64,000 nucleotides of DNA from an uncultured delta proteobacterium. GTDB taxonomy: Bacteria; Desulfobacterota; Binatia; UBA9968. Below, one piece after another: positions 40,105-51,213 of this stretch. The notes under the pieces were generated by a model. It had not been told where the DNA came from, ran no database searches, and saw only the letters and a program-made list of their open reading frames with translations. The position numbers were made by a program, and so were the translations under genes. The stretch spans positions 384,001-448,000 of the forward strand of contig CAVTUQ010000007.1 of the NCBI GenBank assembly GCA_963737905.1, read 5' to 3'. Position 1 is the first letter of the stretch, and every line of letters begins with the position of its first letter.

Positions 40105-41220
40105 CTAATGTTTGGCGGCGCCGTTTCCGTTCAAACCAAAGAGCCGCATAGCGTTTCCGCCCAACACTCTTTCTTTATCGTCTTCAGATAGTCTGGGCAT
40201 AGACTTGATGGTCTGCACCGTTTTGGGCCAAGTCGCTACCGCGTCGCCGTGATCAAAATCGCTGCCGATGATGATGTTGTGATTGGGCCAGCCTTTGATC
40301 GTTTCAGGCAGATAGGTTTCCCAAGAGACGGCGGCGATATAGAATTGGTCGAAGTATTCACTCGGAGCTTTGGTGATTTTTTGCTTGCCGTCGAAGAACT
40401 GCTTGACCGCCGTTGAAATTCCCGCTTCGCTGGGCGTATGAGCGTTCAGAGTGTGCATTAGCCAGGGTACCCAGCCGATGCCGCCCTCGAAGAAGGCGAA
40501 CTTTAAGGTCGGGAATCGATCCAGTACGCCGCTGAAAATCAGCCGCGCCGCGCTCACCATGTAGGTCAATGGAAATCCCAGCGCCGTGGGAAAATGCGGA
40601 AACCCTTGATAACGTTCTGCGCCCACGAGCCAGGGATGACTGTGCTGCGCTTCAAAAACTCTCGCTCCCGGATGGACCAAGATCGGAATATCAAGCCTGG
40701 CAATCTCTTCGTAGAGCGGCCACAACACCTCATTGTCGAGATCCCCGTCCGCCCAGCCACCGCTGAACTTAACCGCTTTCATGCCGAGATCTTGGACCGC
40801 CCGGCGCAATTCGCGAATCGACTCCTGGATATCCGGCAAATAGATCCAGGCGCAACCGATGAAACGATCATCGCCGCTGATATCTTCGGCAGTGGTCTCG
40901 TTGTATGCGCGTGCCAATTGCCGCCCGAGCTCGGCATCGAGTTCATAGATCAGCATGCGGTTGTCGGGGATCAAAACCTGAATATCGAAACCGTCCTTCT
41001 TCATAAATTCGGCGCGCAGCTCTGGACTCCAACGACCCTCTTTGAATGAGTGGATCTTATTGCCGTCCCTATAATAGGTCGCTACCTTCCCCGGCACCGG
41101 CTCACCGAAACGAATGAGGTCGCCCTTGTCTGGTGTAACCTCCACATATCCCTTACCGGGATGGGACACTTTGTCGATAAAACGCAGCGGCCAATAATGG
41201 GTATCACCGTCGATGTACAT
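40105..41220 (-). CDS. Amidohydrolase family 2 protein
   Basis: IDGDTH, PILVHPG, GVLDRFPTLKFAFFEGGIGWVP, IGSDFDH, LGGNAMRLF. Confidence 0.9.
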   Translation of the reverse strand: MYIDGDTHYWPLRFIDKVSHPGKGYVEVTPDKGDLIRFGEPVPGKVATYYRDGNKIHSFKEGRWSPELRAEFMKKDGFDIQVLIPDNRMLIYELDAELGRQLARAYNETTAEDISGDDRFIGCAWIYLPDIQESIRELRRAVQDLGMKAVKFSGGWADGDLDNEVLWPLYEEIARLDIPILVHPGARVFEAQHSHPWLVGAERYQGFPHFPTALGFPLTYMVSAARLIFSGVLDRFPTLKFAFFEGGIGWVPWLMHTLNAHTPSEAGISTAVKQFFDGKQKITKAPSEYFDQFYIAAVSWETYLPETIKGWPNHNIIIGSDFDHGDAVATWPKTVQTIKSMPRLSEDDKERVLGGNAMRLFGLNGNGAAKH

Positions 41221-41288
41221 GCCTTAATCTCCTTCTTGTCCCTCAATTCAAATCTTGGGTATTCTGATTGTCGTTCGTCGTTCTCAGT

Positions 41289-41713
41289 TGTCATTTCGAC
41301 CGGAGGGAGAAATCTATCTTATAACTCCTTGCTCAAGTCCTTCCATTCTGGATTCAATCTTAGCACCAAGCTATCCTTTTTTTCTCGACGCCATCTTTTG
41401 ATCTCCTTCTCTCGCGCAATTGCAGCGGTAACATCTCTGGTTTCCTCGAAATAGACAAGTTTGTTGACGTTGTACTTTTCAGTAAAGCCCCGGACAAACT
41501 TATTCTGATGTTCATAGAGACGCCTCTTGAGATCATTTGTAAATCCGACATACATGACTCGGTGATTCCAATTGGTCAATAGATAGACGTAGTAGGATTT
41601 TTCTCCCGCCATAAGATTGCTCGTGTTGTATTCCTGATAGGGAAGGGCTTGATGATAGACCTCGATAATATTACTTGTGGAAATTTAGATCCCTCGCTTT
41701 GCTCGGGATGACA
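41289..41713. mobile_element. REP-flanked GIY-YIG module
   Basis: TGTCATTTCGACCGGAGGGAGAAATCT (41289) and AGATCCCTCGCTTTGCTCGGGATGACA (41687) form inverted REP ends around the nuclease gene. Confidence 0.65.
41319..41612 (-). CDS. GIY-YIG nuclease family protein (~95 aa stand-alone)
   Basis: YYVYLL...MYVGFTNDLKRRLYEH...FTEKYNVNKLVYFE...AIAREKEIKRWRREKK...NPEWKDL. Confidence 0.93.
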   Translation of the reverse strand: MAGEKSYYVYLLTNWNHRVMYVGFTNDLKRRLYEHQNKFVRGFTEKYNVNKLVYFEETRDVTAAIAREKEIKRWRREKKDSLVLRLNPEWKDLSKEL

Positions 41714-41729
41714 ACCGCTGCCGCGGTTG

Positions 41730-42740
41730 TCATTTCACGCCATACCTGGCATACATCTCATCAATAAAACCGCTTTGATCCAATTTTTTCATGAACCGGT
41801 CGTCGACCAGATCCTCCACTTTCACCTTCTCCACGTTAGGGTTGCGCAATTTCATCAGCCGTTGAACATTCCGCAAACCGGCTAAATTCGCATGGGGCTT
41901 TCGGTCCAGTCCCGTAATGACATCTTTATAACCTTCCTCTGCTTCCTGGTCGTTGATGCGAAGATATTTTTTGAGAATGGCCTGGGCGGTGCTTTTGTTA
42001 GCCGGCCCAAAGATAAAGGCCTCGCTTTCCAACAGCGCCTTTAACAAATTCTCGATGGTCTGAGGATTTTTGTCGATGAAGCTGCCTTTGGCGACGATCC
42101 CTACGCTCGAGATAGGGATGTTGGCCTTGCTTAGCTCCGCAAGGATCGGATAGCCGTTTTCCCTCAGCGTGCGACTCATCACTCCATCGAGCACCGTTGC
42201 ATCGATGGTTCCGGTCACCAGCGCCTGCGCGAGAACGGATTGGTCCCCGGCGGCGATTAAACTGATCTTATCCCGGTTCGGATCCAAGCCAAAGTGTTCC
42301 AACGCGAGAATGGCCCCCATCCAAACCGTCCCACCGATGCTCTGGACACCGAAAATTTTTCCGCGCAAATCTTCGGGCGTCTTGATGCCCTTTCGAGCCA
42401 CGACATCATACGTCACCCGGTTGGTAAAGGCCGCCAAAATTTTTAGATCCGATCCACTGGCCGCCGCTCCCAGCACCGCCGTGCCGCCGGTGTAACCGAT
42501 TTGGATATCCCCGGAGGTCAACGCCGCCACCAGAGTCGGCGCCTGCCGGATGAAAATCATTTCGGCAGGAACGCCGTACTTAGAAAAGAACCCTTGCTCT
42601 TTAGCCGCCCAGAGCGGAAGAACTCTTGCGTTGACGGCGGCATGGGCGATGACGCTCTTGGTGGGCGCGGACGCCGCAAGAGCTTTTCCCGAAAGGAATA
42701 GCCCAAGAATAATGAACAAAATGGTCATGCATCTCCCCAC
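41730..42740 (-). CDS. NMT1/SsuA-type ABC substrate-binding protein
   Basis: GFFSKYGV, LRGKIFGVQSIGG, VDDRFMKKLDQSGFID. Confidence 0.88.
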   Translation of the reverse strand: MGRCMTILFIILGLFLSGKALAASAPTKSVIAHAAVNARVLPLWAAKEQGFFSKYGVPAEMIFIRQAPTLVAALTSGDIQIGYTGGTAVLGAAASGSDLKILAAFTNRVTYDVVARKGIKTPEDLRGKIFGVQSIGGTVWMGAILALEHFGLDPNRDKISLIAAGDQSVLAQALVTGTIDATVLDGVMSRTLRENGYPILAELSKANIPISSVGIVAKGSFIDKNPQTIENLLKALLESEAFIFGPANKSTAQAILKKYLRINDQEAEEGYKDVITGLDRKPHANLAGLRNVQRLMKLRNPNVEKVKVEDLVDDRFMKKLDQSGFIDEMYARYGVK

Positions 42741-42810
42741 TGTGTCGACTCCTTTCCTGGATACTCCAATAGAGCAATCGAGATACGAGAACCTTACCGC
42801 CCAAATGATC

Positions 42811-43902
42811 TTAAAGCCCTAGCCCGAGCAGCTTGATCGCGTTCTCCCCCAACACCTTGCGCTTGTTCTCCGCGGAGATCTTTGTGCTCTTGGAGATCGG
42901 TCCAGTCACTTGCCCGGGCTGCGACGAATCCCAATGCGGCGAGTCCGTGGCTAAAACCAGGCGGTCGCCGCCGAGATATTCCACCGCCCATTCGAAGAGG
43001 CCGTCTTCGAAGGGTTCGCAGCCCACGTACACGCTCTGATTGAAAATATCCGTCGGCCGGCGCTTCTGCCAGGGTACCAGATGCGGTAATTTCTCCCAAT
43101 GCTCATCCATTCGTGACAACCACCAGGGCATCTGCGAGGCGCCGGTTTCGAGGCAGATAATTTTTAGACCGGGATGTTTTTCGAGGACGCCGCCGCAGAG
43201 ATAGATCATCAAACAAACCATGCTTTCGATGGTGCGGCCGACCATGTGGGAGAAGAAAAAGTTATCGGCGAACCGCTCCTGGCCCATGGAACCTGTCTTG
43301 GTATCGTGAAAGATGATCGGAGTGTTGGTCCTTTCAAGCTCCTCGAAGATCGGGTCGAAGTAGGGGTCCCACCATTCTTTGCCCGGAATCGGCGTCGCTT
43401 TGACGTTGAGTGCCTTGCTGCCCATTTCCTTGGAGCGGCGAAGCTCTTTGATCGCCTCATCGGGATCCTGCAGCGGAATAACCCCAGCCCACATGAGCCG
43501 GCCGGGTTGCTGTGACGCATAATAGTTCATGTAATTGTTCTGGGCGCGCGCATAGGCGGCCGCCAGCTCCGGGTCGTCGACGAACCAGAGAATGTCCAGC
43601 GCCGGTGAGTTCGGTGACAAAACCGCGACGTCGATGCCGTCGAGATCCATATTGCGCACGCGCCCGTGGGGTGTCAGGTCCTCGGGCTTGAACCATTCGT
43701 TTTTTTCAGCTTTCTGCCGGCCGAGCTCCGAGCCGATCATGATGCGATTGCCGATGAGCGTCTTGCGCCGTTCGTTGTCTTTGGTCGGCAGCTTTTTCGG
43801 CAGATAGGGTTTCCATTTATCTTCAACCGTCTGCTCCCAACTCTCCAAGTCGCCCACCAAATGACTGTCGAGATCAACTACCTTCATTCCATCAATGGCC
43901 AT
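42811..43902 (-). CDS. Amidohydrolase family 2 protein
   Basis: VDLDSH, MDLDGID, IIFHD, GVLEKHPGLK, ATDSPHWD, GENAIKL. Confidence 0.9.
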   Translation of the reverse strand: MAIDGMKVVDLDSHLVGDLESWEQTVEDKWKPYLPKKLPTKDNERRKTLIGNRIMIGSELGRQKAEKNEWFKPEDLTPHGRVRNMDLDGIDVAVLSPNSPALDILWFVDDPELAAAYARAQNNYMNYYASQQPGRLMWAGVIPLQDPDEAIKELRRSKEMGSKALNVKATPIPGKEWWDPYFDPIFEELERTNTPIIFHDTKTGSMGQERFADNFFFSHMVGRTIESMVCLMIYLCGGVLEKHPGLKIICLETGASQMPWWLSRMDEHWEKLPHLVPWQKRRPTDIFNQSVYVGCEPFEDGLFEWAVEYLGGDRLVLATDSPHWDSSQPGQVTGPISKSTKISAENKRKVLGENAIKLLGLGL

Positions 43903-43919
43903 AAGTCCATCCTTTCTTT

Positions 43920-44930
43920 TCAGGGAGAAGCCGTTTTGCCGCCCAAAGCCTGTTCAAGAAATCCATTCTTTTCGAGCTCGCGGAGAATACTCTCGTCAAC
44001 CAATCGATCCAGGCTGATTTCGCCGATCTTGGGGTTGCGCAATTTCATGAAGCGCTGAATATTTTTCAGCCCATCGACGTTAACGAAGGCCTTTCGATCC
44101 GTGCGGCGCACGTAGTCGTCATATCCGTCGTTGGCTGCTACGGGGTCCGTAATGCCGAGTTTCTTCGTCATGATTTCAATCACAGCCTCCTTATTGACGG
44201 GATTGAGGACAAAGCCATGACCTTCTATCAGCGCCTTTAAAGTATTGCGTACAACTGCCTGGTGGCTCGTAAGGTAGTCTCCCTTCACCACGACGCTCGT
44301 GCCAACCAGCGGGATCTTTTCCAGATCGGCCATGAAATTGTAACCGGAGCGCTTGAGACGGCGGCTGAACACGCCTGCGAGAGACGCGCCCTGAATCGTG
44401 CCTGTTTCCAATGCCTGGCTGATGACGCGCTGATCGCCGAAGGCGGCCAATAAGATTTTGTCCCGCTCCGGATTCAAGCCGACTTGCTCCAAACCTAGCA
44501 TCGCCGACATCCAACCGGTACCCCCGATACTCGTCACGCCGATCCGCTTCCCTTTCAGATCGTCCGGGGTCTTAATCTCAGGACGAACCACGAGATCGGT
44601 CTGCACGTAGTTTGAGAAGGCGGCGATGATCTTTACGTCGAGACCGCCCACGGCGGCACCTAAGGTCGCGGTGCCTCCAGTGTATCCGAATTGCAAATCC
44701 CCGCTATTCAGGGACGCAACCAAAGTCGGAGAACCGGGGATGAAAACTGTCTGAACGTCGATATTATTCTTGGCGAAGAAGCCTTTCTGTTGGGCCACCC
44801 ATAGAGTAGTTACGACAGAACTCATGGACGCGTAACCGATGACAACTTTGGTTCGCGACTGACCCAAGCCTACATGAGGCTGAATGGCGAGAAGAAATAC
44901 TATGGCTATGAACTGAATCAGAATCCGCAT
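43920..44930 (-). CDS. NMT1/SsuA-type ABC substrate-binding protein
   Basis: GFFAKNNID, LKGKRIGVTSIGG, GLKNIQRFMKLRNP; close paralog of 41730..42740. Confidence 0.88.
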   Translation of the reverse strand: MRILIQFIAIVFLLAIQPHVGLGQSRTKVVIGYASMSSVVTTLWVAQQKGFFAKNNIDVQTVFIPGSPTLVASLNSGDLQFGYTGGTATLGAAVGGLDVKIIAAFSNYVQTDLVVRPEIKTPDDLKGKRIGVTSIGGTGWMSAMLGLEQVGLNPERDKILLAAFGDQRVISQALETGTIQGASLAGVFSRRLKRSGYNFMADLEKIPLVGTSVVVKGDYLTSHQAVVRNTLKALIEGHGFVLNPVNKEAVIEIMTKKLGITDPVAANDGYDDYVRRTDRKAFVNVDGLKNIQRFMKLRNPKIGEISLDRLVDESILRELEKNGFLEQALGGKTASP

Positions 44931-45352
44931 CACACCAACTTTCATCCCATGGAAAGGATGCCCACCAATTGAGACCTTTTGCCGGAATAACAGACACCCA
45001 GGCAATAAGTCAACGGTTGGGAATTGCACCACCCCGCAGCGTGCTGCGGGAAATCAACCCGTTGTTCTCTTATTCACCGAAACCAATTCGTCCTCTCAGT
45101 GCGTGCCAAAGATGGAGTCATAGCGGGTGTGTCTGTCTTGTCTTGAATACTATGTTGGCAATTTGTCTTTCTTTGACCGCGTAATTAACCAGCCGCGCTT
45201 TTAGATACGCCGGAACTTCGCTGCGTCATCCGAGCGTCCCGCCACTTGATCCTCACTTTTTCACTCGTGACAGGTAATTTTTACTGAGCGGTTTTTAAGC
45301 CGCTTCCAGTGTGACCTGGGCAAGATCAGTGAGTTAGCCCCTTTCGGCGCGG

Positions 45353-45368
45353 TGGCATTTGCGTTGCT
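45353..45368 (+). promoter_or_regulatory. Candidate sigma-54 promoter
   Basis: TGGCAT-TTGCG-TTGCT ~50 bp upstream of the glycine-zipper gene. Confidence 0.6.
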
Positions 45369-45416
45369 CTGCTCGCGATCCAAATGAAGCGTTCAAAAAA
45401 TACGAAAGGAGAAAAC

Positions 45417-45692
45417 ATGAACAACAAAAAGAGACTCCACTTCTCGACCTCGATCGTTGCCATCAGTCTGACCGCCATGGCCGCTGCCGGCTGCGCCGGT
45501 GGACCCCTGACCGCACGGGAAAAAGGCGCAGGCATCGGCGCTCTAGGCGGCGCAGCCGTTGGCGGAGCTATCGGCAGCGCCAAAGGTCATCCCGGAGCCG
45601 GCGCAGCCATCGGCGGTGCGGTTGGCCTGGGGGCAGGCGCGCTGATTGGTAACTACATCCAGGGTCAAGAAGACGACGATTACCGACGCTAG
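45417..45692 (+). CDS. Glycine-zipper lipoprotein
   Basis: Lipobox AAGC then REKGAGIGALGGAAVGGAIG...GAAIGGAVGLGAGALIG. Confidence 0.85.
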   Translation: MNNKKRLHFSTSIVAISLTAMAAAGCAGGPLTAREKGAGIGALGGAAVGGAIGSAKGHPGAGAAIGGAVGLGAGALIGNYIQGQEDDDYRR

Positions 45693-45736
45693 GGGTTTAC
45701 TTAACAAAGGCCTTAACAAGAAAAGGAGAGTTGACT

Positions 45737-46247
45737 ATGAAAAATCTACGAACGATCATTTTGAGCGCAATGGTTACGGGGGTTCTAGTTATCCCAGCAG
45801 TATCTGCGACCGCCGACAATAAGGACGGAAAGGAATATTCGCACAGCAAGTGGAAGGGCGATCACGGGAGGCGGACGGCGACCACGGACGGGATCATCGC
45901 GGACGATATGACAATCACTACTCGGCGCGATGTTCGTCATGACAACCGTGGCCATCATAATAAGCCTGAGATTCGACAGGATTTCAAAGATATTCGCAAT
46001 GCCCGCAATGAAGTCAAACAGGGCCGCCAGGAGTTGCGCGGGGATCATCAGGAGCTGAGAAAGGATCGAGCGGAGCTGCGTCGTGATATCCGCAATGGCG
46101 CCAGCAAAGAAGAAATCCATAGGGACCGCCAAGAGATCCACGGTGACTTAAAAGAGATCCGCAGCGACCGAAGCAGACCTTCGACAAGACCAGACACAGC
46201 TGGAATCAGCCCGTCGCGAGCTTAATAAAGATCTGCGCAAGAGATAG
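45737..46247 (+). CDS. Secreted charged heptad-repeat (R/D/E/H-rich) protein, frameshifted
   Basis: Signal peptide then QELRGDH/QELRKDR/AELRRDI repeats; alternate frame ends ...ELNKDLRKR* at 46247. Confidence 0.7.
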
Positions 46248-46277
46248 TTCTCTCACGTCGCAGCCTGACCTCGAGCA

Positions 46278-46306
46278 CCCGGCCGTTCGCATGGCGAGCG
46301 GTCGGG
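46278..46306 (+). terminator. GC-rich hairpin after the secreted-protein gene
   Basis: CCCGGCCGTTCGC-ATG-GCGAGCGGTCGGG. Confidence 0.45.
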
Positions 46307-46507
46307 CCCTGCCGTTTCATCCAAAGCTCTCCTTCTCCCAGTCCCCAAAGTCGATTGCGCGCAGTTTTGACGGTCTGCGTCAAAATAACCGGCAACCGGA
46401 AATTTTTACTTGCCGCTATGTAGCCACACTCAAGGATATTTGACCGCGATATATCTCAGGAGGGTGCTTGCCGGCCAGAAATAGCAAGAGAGCGATCTTC
46501 ACCTGGC

Positions 46508-46523
46508 TGGCATCCCTTGTGCT
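46508..46523 (+). promoter_or_regulatory. Candidate sigma-54 promoter for the response regulator
   Basis: TGGCAT-CCCTT-GTGCT, 12 bp before the ATG (would be a leaderless transcript). Confidence 0.4.
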
Positions 46524-46535
46524 TCTACGCTCGGT

Positions 46536-46925
46536 ATGCTGAACAAAACCAAGAAGATATTGATCGTGGACGATGATGACGCGGGTCGAGAATCCCTCGG
46601 GGGGTTGATCAAAGGCTTAGGCTACGAAGTCTTGGAAGCCACGACGGGTCTGGAGGCCATCGATAGGGCTTGCAGCCTACGTCCCGACCTAATCATGATG
46701 GATCTAGGCCTGCCTGGAATGAACGGAGATGAGGCAACGGCCTGTTTAAAGAGGAACATGTCTACCCGAAACATACCCGTGGTCATCAATACCGCCTGGA
46801 CCACCGGCTGCAATATTGGAGACCGTGCCGACCGTGCCCTGGAGGCAGGGGCCGAAGAGATCTTGTACAAGCCATTTCACTTACCGATGTTGCGGGATGT
46901 TCTGCGCACCTATTTGTTGGCCTAA
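46536..46925 (+). CDS. Single-domain response regulator (CheY/DivK-like)
   Basis: ILIVDDD, PDLIMMDLGLPGMNG, TA, LYKPF. Confidence 0.92.
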   Translation: MLNKTKKILIVDDDDAGRESLGGLIKGLGYEVLEATTGLEAIDRACSLRPDLIMMDLGLPGMNGDEATACLKRNMSTRNIPVVINTAWTTGCNIGDRADRALEAGAEEILYKPFHLPMLRDVLRTYLLA

Positions 46926-47376
46926 CACGACACGCCATGAGCCGGGTCGGCCCACAAGAGAAAGTGTCTTATGAATGAGTTTCTGTTGCTTGCGGTCGTT
47001 GTGGTCTATCTGGCTATCTGTTACGGAAGGCCCATTCGATAGCGATGTTCTTAGAAGGAAGGGCGGCTTCGAGCGCTCAACCTTCAACCTCATGTTCGTC
47101 TTGAGCCACCGGCTTCTTGTAACCCATTAAATTGTCAGCTCCGTGAACACGCCAAGGCACATTCGTTACAGGATGATGCTAACTGCCCCGTGCTCCCTTA
47201 GTGCTTCCATGTCAAGCACGGCCCGCTTGTAGTGGATTTTCAACTCCCCGTCCACCTTTTTTAGTCTATGCTCATACCACCCCACATGTGGAGACGTACC
47301 TCGCCTGGAGGTTGACAGCAAAACCAATGGGCGTTACGAATGGTTAATTAGTGCTACTCGCTCCGGGATATAAGAT

Positions 47377-50300
47377 ATGTACCTCGATAAACGCTTGCTT
47401 CGGCTGACCCGGGGTGTCAGGCCCCGTATCCTGGCTGCCGCGCTTGTGGGACTGTGTGCCGTATTTGCAGGGTTGGCACGGTTGACTCTTTCCGGCCTCG
47501 TCATTGCCGGCGTCCTTTTGGGAGAACCGTTTTCCGCTCTCATTCTGCCGATCGGTGGCATTATCGCTTGCACCGTGCTTCGCGGGCTTTTTCAGTTTCT
47601 GCGCGATCGGATCAGCCAGGGGACTGCGGCACGCGTCAAAGTCGAACTCAGGCGCCAGCTGTTCGAGCATTGCCTCGCCATGGGTCCGGGACAGTTCGAT
47701 CAGAGCCGAACCGGAGATGTTCTTACCATACTGGGCGAAGGCGTCGAGCGGCTGCAGGTGTTTTTTGGCCAGTTTCTCCCGCAGATGATCGTCGCCGGTT
47801 TCGCGCCGATCCTGATTTTTTTTCTCATGGCGTCCATCGACATCTCCATTGGCTTTATCTTTCTGTTCTTCGCCGTCTTTACCCTGGTGGGTCCCGCGCA
47901 TCTTCTTTTGTTCAGTCGAGAAAGCAGCCGCCGGCGCCGCGCGGCTTATGGCGCCCTGAGCGCCGATTTCCTCGATAGCATGCAGGGCATCTCGACCCTC
48001 AAGATTTTCGGGCAAAGCGGCGCTTGGGGCAACACCCTCGCGGCAAGGGCACATCAAGTTTACCGCGCCACTATGGGGGTGCTCGCCGTCAACCTTATGT
48101 CTAGTGGGATCGGCACCTTCGGTATTACGGCGGGCAGCGCTTCGGCGCTGGCGTGGGGAGCGTTCAAGGTAACGAACGGCGAGCTCGACCTGCGCGCCCT
48201 TGTGGTTCTTTTGCTTCTGGGCGCCGAAGTTTTCCGTCCGATGCGAGAGATGATCATCCTCTACCACCAAGGTTTCCTGGCCATGGCGGCAGCCGAAGGA
48301 ATTTTCGGTATCATGGATACGGCGATTGACGGTTCGCGACGGAAACTCCCATGAGGCCCCGGGTGTTCCGTCCGCTCTTCTCGAGCCTGAAATGCGCTTC
48401 GAGAATGTTACCTTCGGCTATCAGAACGGGTTGCGTCCGGCGCTCCACGAAATTTCCTTTACGCTGCGTAAAGGCGAAAAACTTGGAGTCGTGGGACCAA
48501 GCGGGGCGGGCAAGTCGACCCTTGTGTCATTGATGCTCCGTTTCTTCGATCCACAAAAGGGCCGTATTCTTCTCGGCGGTCGGGACCTGCGCGAGCTGTC
48601 CCTGAGTTTCTTGCGCCGGCATGTCGCGGTCGTCGCCCAGGATACCTATCTTTTTTACGGGACTGTGGCGGAAAATCTGCGCCTCGCCAAGCCGCAGGCA
48701 ACGCAGCAGGAAATCGAAGCCGCCGCCCGCGCCGCCAATGCGCATCGATTTTATTATGGCATTGCCCGACGGCTATGAGACTCTCGTCGGTGAGCGCGGC
48801 GCACGACTTTCCGGCGGTGAGCGGCAGCGCGTCGCCATCGCTCGCGCCCTGCTCATGGATGCATCCATTCTCGTGCTCGACGAGGCGCTCTCCAGCGTCG
48901 ACGCCCAGAACGAGGTGCTCATACAAGAAGCTCTGAGCCGGCTCATGGAAGGCCGGACAACTCTCATTATTGCGCACCGCCTCTCGAGCGTGATCGATGC
49001 GCACCGCATTCTTGTTCTGGAGCAGGGAAAGGTCGTAGAGTCCGGTTCTCACACTGAACTTATCCAAGCGAACGGCGTTTATGCTGAACTCATGGCAGGC
49101 CAGCAAAACTCGGCCGACAAAGAAATCACGCTGCAGGTTCCCTCCCCCTCGAATGGTCTCACGGACGGCAATGGACAGTGGCCGGCCGCGAGCGCGGTTT
49201 CGGATCGGACGGCTAAGACAAAACACACGGCGCCATCGCTGCCGCTTTTCACGACGTTGCAGCGTCTTTTGGGTCTCGTGCGTCCCTTCGCCCTGAAAAC
49301 AACGCTGGCGTTCTCGAGCGGTGTGCTGTACCAGGCCGCTTTGATCGGGGTCGGCGTTGCCGGCGCGCTCGTCGTCGGGCAGGTGATCCGGCACGATGAG
49401 ATTTTTTGGCCGGTTCTTTTACTGGCGCTGGCGGTTGTAGCCACATCGGTTCTGTCCTGGGTCGAGCTCTGGATCGCCCACGACCTCGCCTATCAGCTGC
49501 TTGCAGAGATGCGTATTGATATGTACAAAACCCTGGATCCGCTGGCCCCCGGCTACCTTTTGCGCCGCCGCTCTGGAGATCTAGTAAGCATCATTAGCAG
49601 CGATGTCGAAACCATCGAAATCTTTTTTGCCCACACCATCGCGCCCGCTTTTGTCGCCGTTCTGGTCCCCGGCGTCGTTCTGGTTTCCCTCGGATTTATC
49701 GGCTGGCCTTTGGCCGCGACGCTTCTTCCGTTCCTTTTTCTCGTGGCCGTCTCTCCACTCTTCTTCCAGAAACGTTCTGGATCACTTGGAGCCCACCTAC
49801 GAGAAACCATGGGTCAACTCAACGCTCGCCTGGTCGACAGCATTCAGGGTCTCCGCGAGATCGTCGGGTTCGGCGGCGAGAAGAGCTTCACATCAGATCT
49901 TTCGCTCAACAGTTGGCGGGTGGCCACAGCGCAGGTTCAGTTTCAGACAGAACAGGCTCGCCAGACAAGCTTGAACGAGACGTTCATCGGTATCGGCTCG
50001 CTTGCGGTTCTAGTGACAGGTGTGTGGCTCGTGTCTCAGGGAGAAATGACACGTGCGCTCCTCCCCTTGGCGACTGTTCTGGCCATGGCAGCGTTCGGTC
50101 CGGTGATGGACATAACCCGCACGGTCAAAGAGCTCATGGAAACTCTCGCTTCGGCCCAACGGATCTTTGCGATTAAAGATGCACCGGTCCCGGTATCGGA
50201 TGGTCCAGGGATTCCTTTACTCCCGCCGCAGTGGAACCGGCTTCCATCAGTGATTTTCGAAAATACCAGCTTTGCCTATGGTCCTGACGAGCCCCTGGTG

Positions 50301-51038
50301 CTACACGATGTCTCGTTTCGGATTGAGCCTGGACAAACCGTTGCTCTCGTTGGTCCTTCCGGAGCGGGCAAAACGACATGTACACAGCTGCTACTTCGCT
50401 TCTGGGACCCCACGAGTGGGAGAATCTTGTTGGAGGGAAACGATCTTCGGGCGTTCACTCTCGATGAACTCCGCGCAGAGATTGCATTCGTCTCGCAGGA
50501 AACCTACCTTTTTAATACGACCATTCGCGAAAACCTGCGCCTGGCCCGCCCGCAAGCCACGAACGAAGAGATCGAGGAGGCCGCCCGGCGCGCTAACGCG
50601 CATGATTTCATCACCGAGCTTCCGCATTCTTATGACACCTTTGTGGGGGAGCGCGGAATTCAGCTATCAGGAGGACAGCGGCAGAGACTTGCCATTGCCA
50701 GAGCACTGCTCAAGAATGCGCCGGTCCTCATCCTTGACGAGGCCACCTCGCACCTCGACGCCGTCAACGAACAATTGATCCACCAGGCGCTGAGCCGCCT
50801 CGTCGAGGGGCGGACCACGCTCGTGATCGCTCACCGTCTTTCCACGATTCGAGACGCAGATAATATTGTCGTGCTCGAGCAGGGACGAGTCGTGGAACAA
50901 GGCTCCCACGCCGTTCTTCTCGGCCGTAACGGGCTCTACTCACAGCTGGTTGGGGCTCAAGTGATCGCTCCCAACGTAATGCATGCGGCGCGTTCGATGA
51001 CCGCGGACAGCTCCGCGCAGCCCCCTGCAGGGAAGTGA
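47377..51038 (+). CDS. Fused double ABC exporter (TMD-NBD-TMD-NBD; CydDC/IrtAB-like), frameshifted twice
   Basis: TMD1 (47377..48354), NBD1 GPSGAGKS...LSGGERQR, TMD2, NBD2 GPSGAGKT...LSGGQRQR; NBD1 end, TMD2 and NBD2 lie in one ORF (48621..51038). Confidence 0.85.
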
Positions 51039-51213
51039 CTCCAAGACGCCCCATCGCGACCGCACCGCTTCTCGATGAAGTGGGCTGCCATCACGATCTG
51101 TCCGACTTCCGGCCCCGCGAAAGCAACAGATATCGCAGCAAACTTTGTCAAGTGGACGCATTTCCTTTCCATGCACTCGCCACTGATAGTTTAATCGGGA
51201 AGCCGCGGGCCTA

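Noticed and set aside
47100-47376. Cobalamin riboswitch upstream of the ABC exporter
   Set aside because: No B12-box or other recognisable conserved elements.
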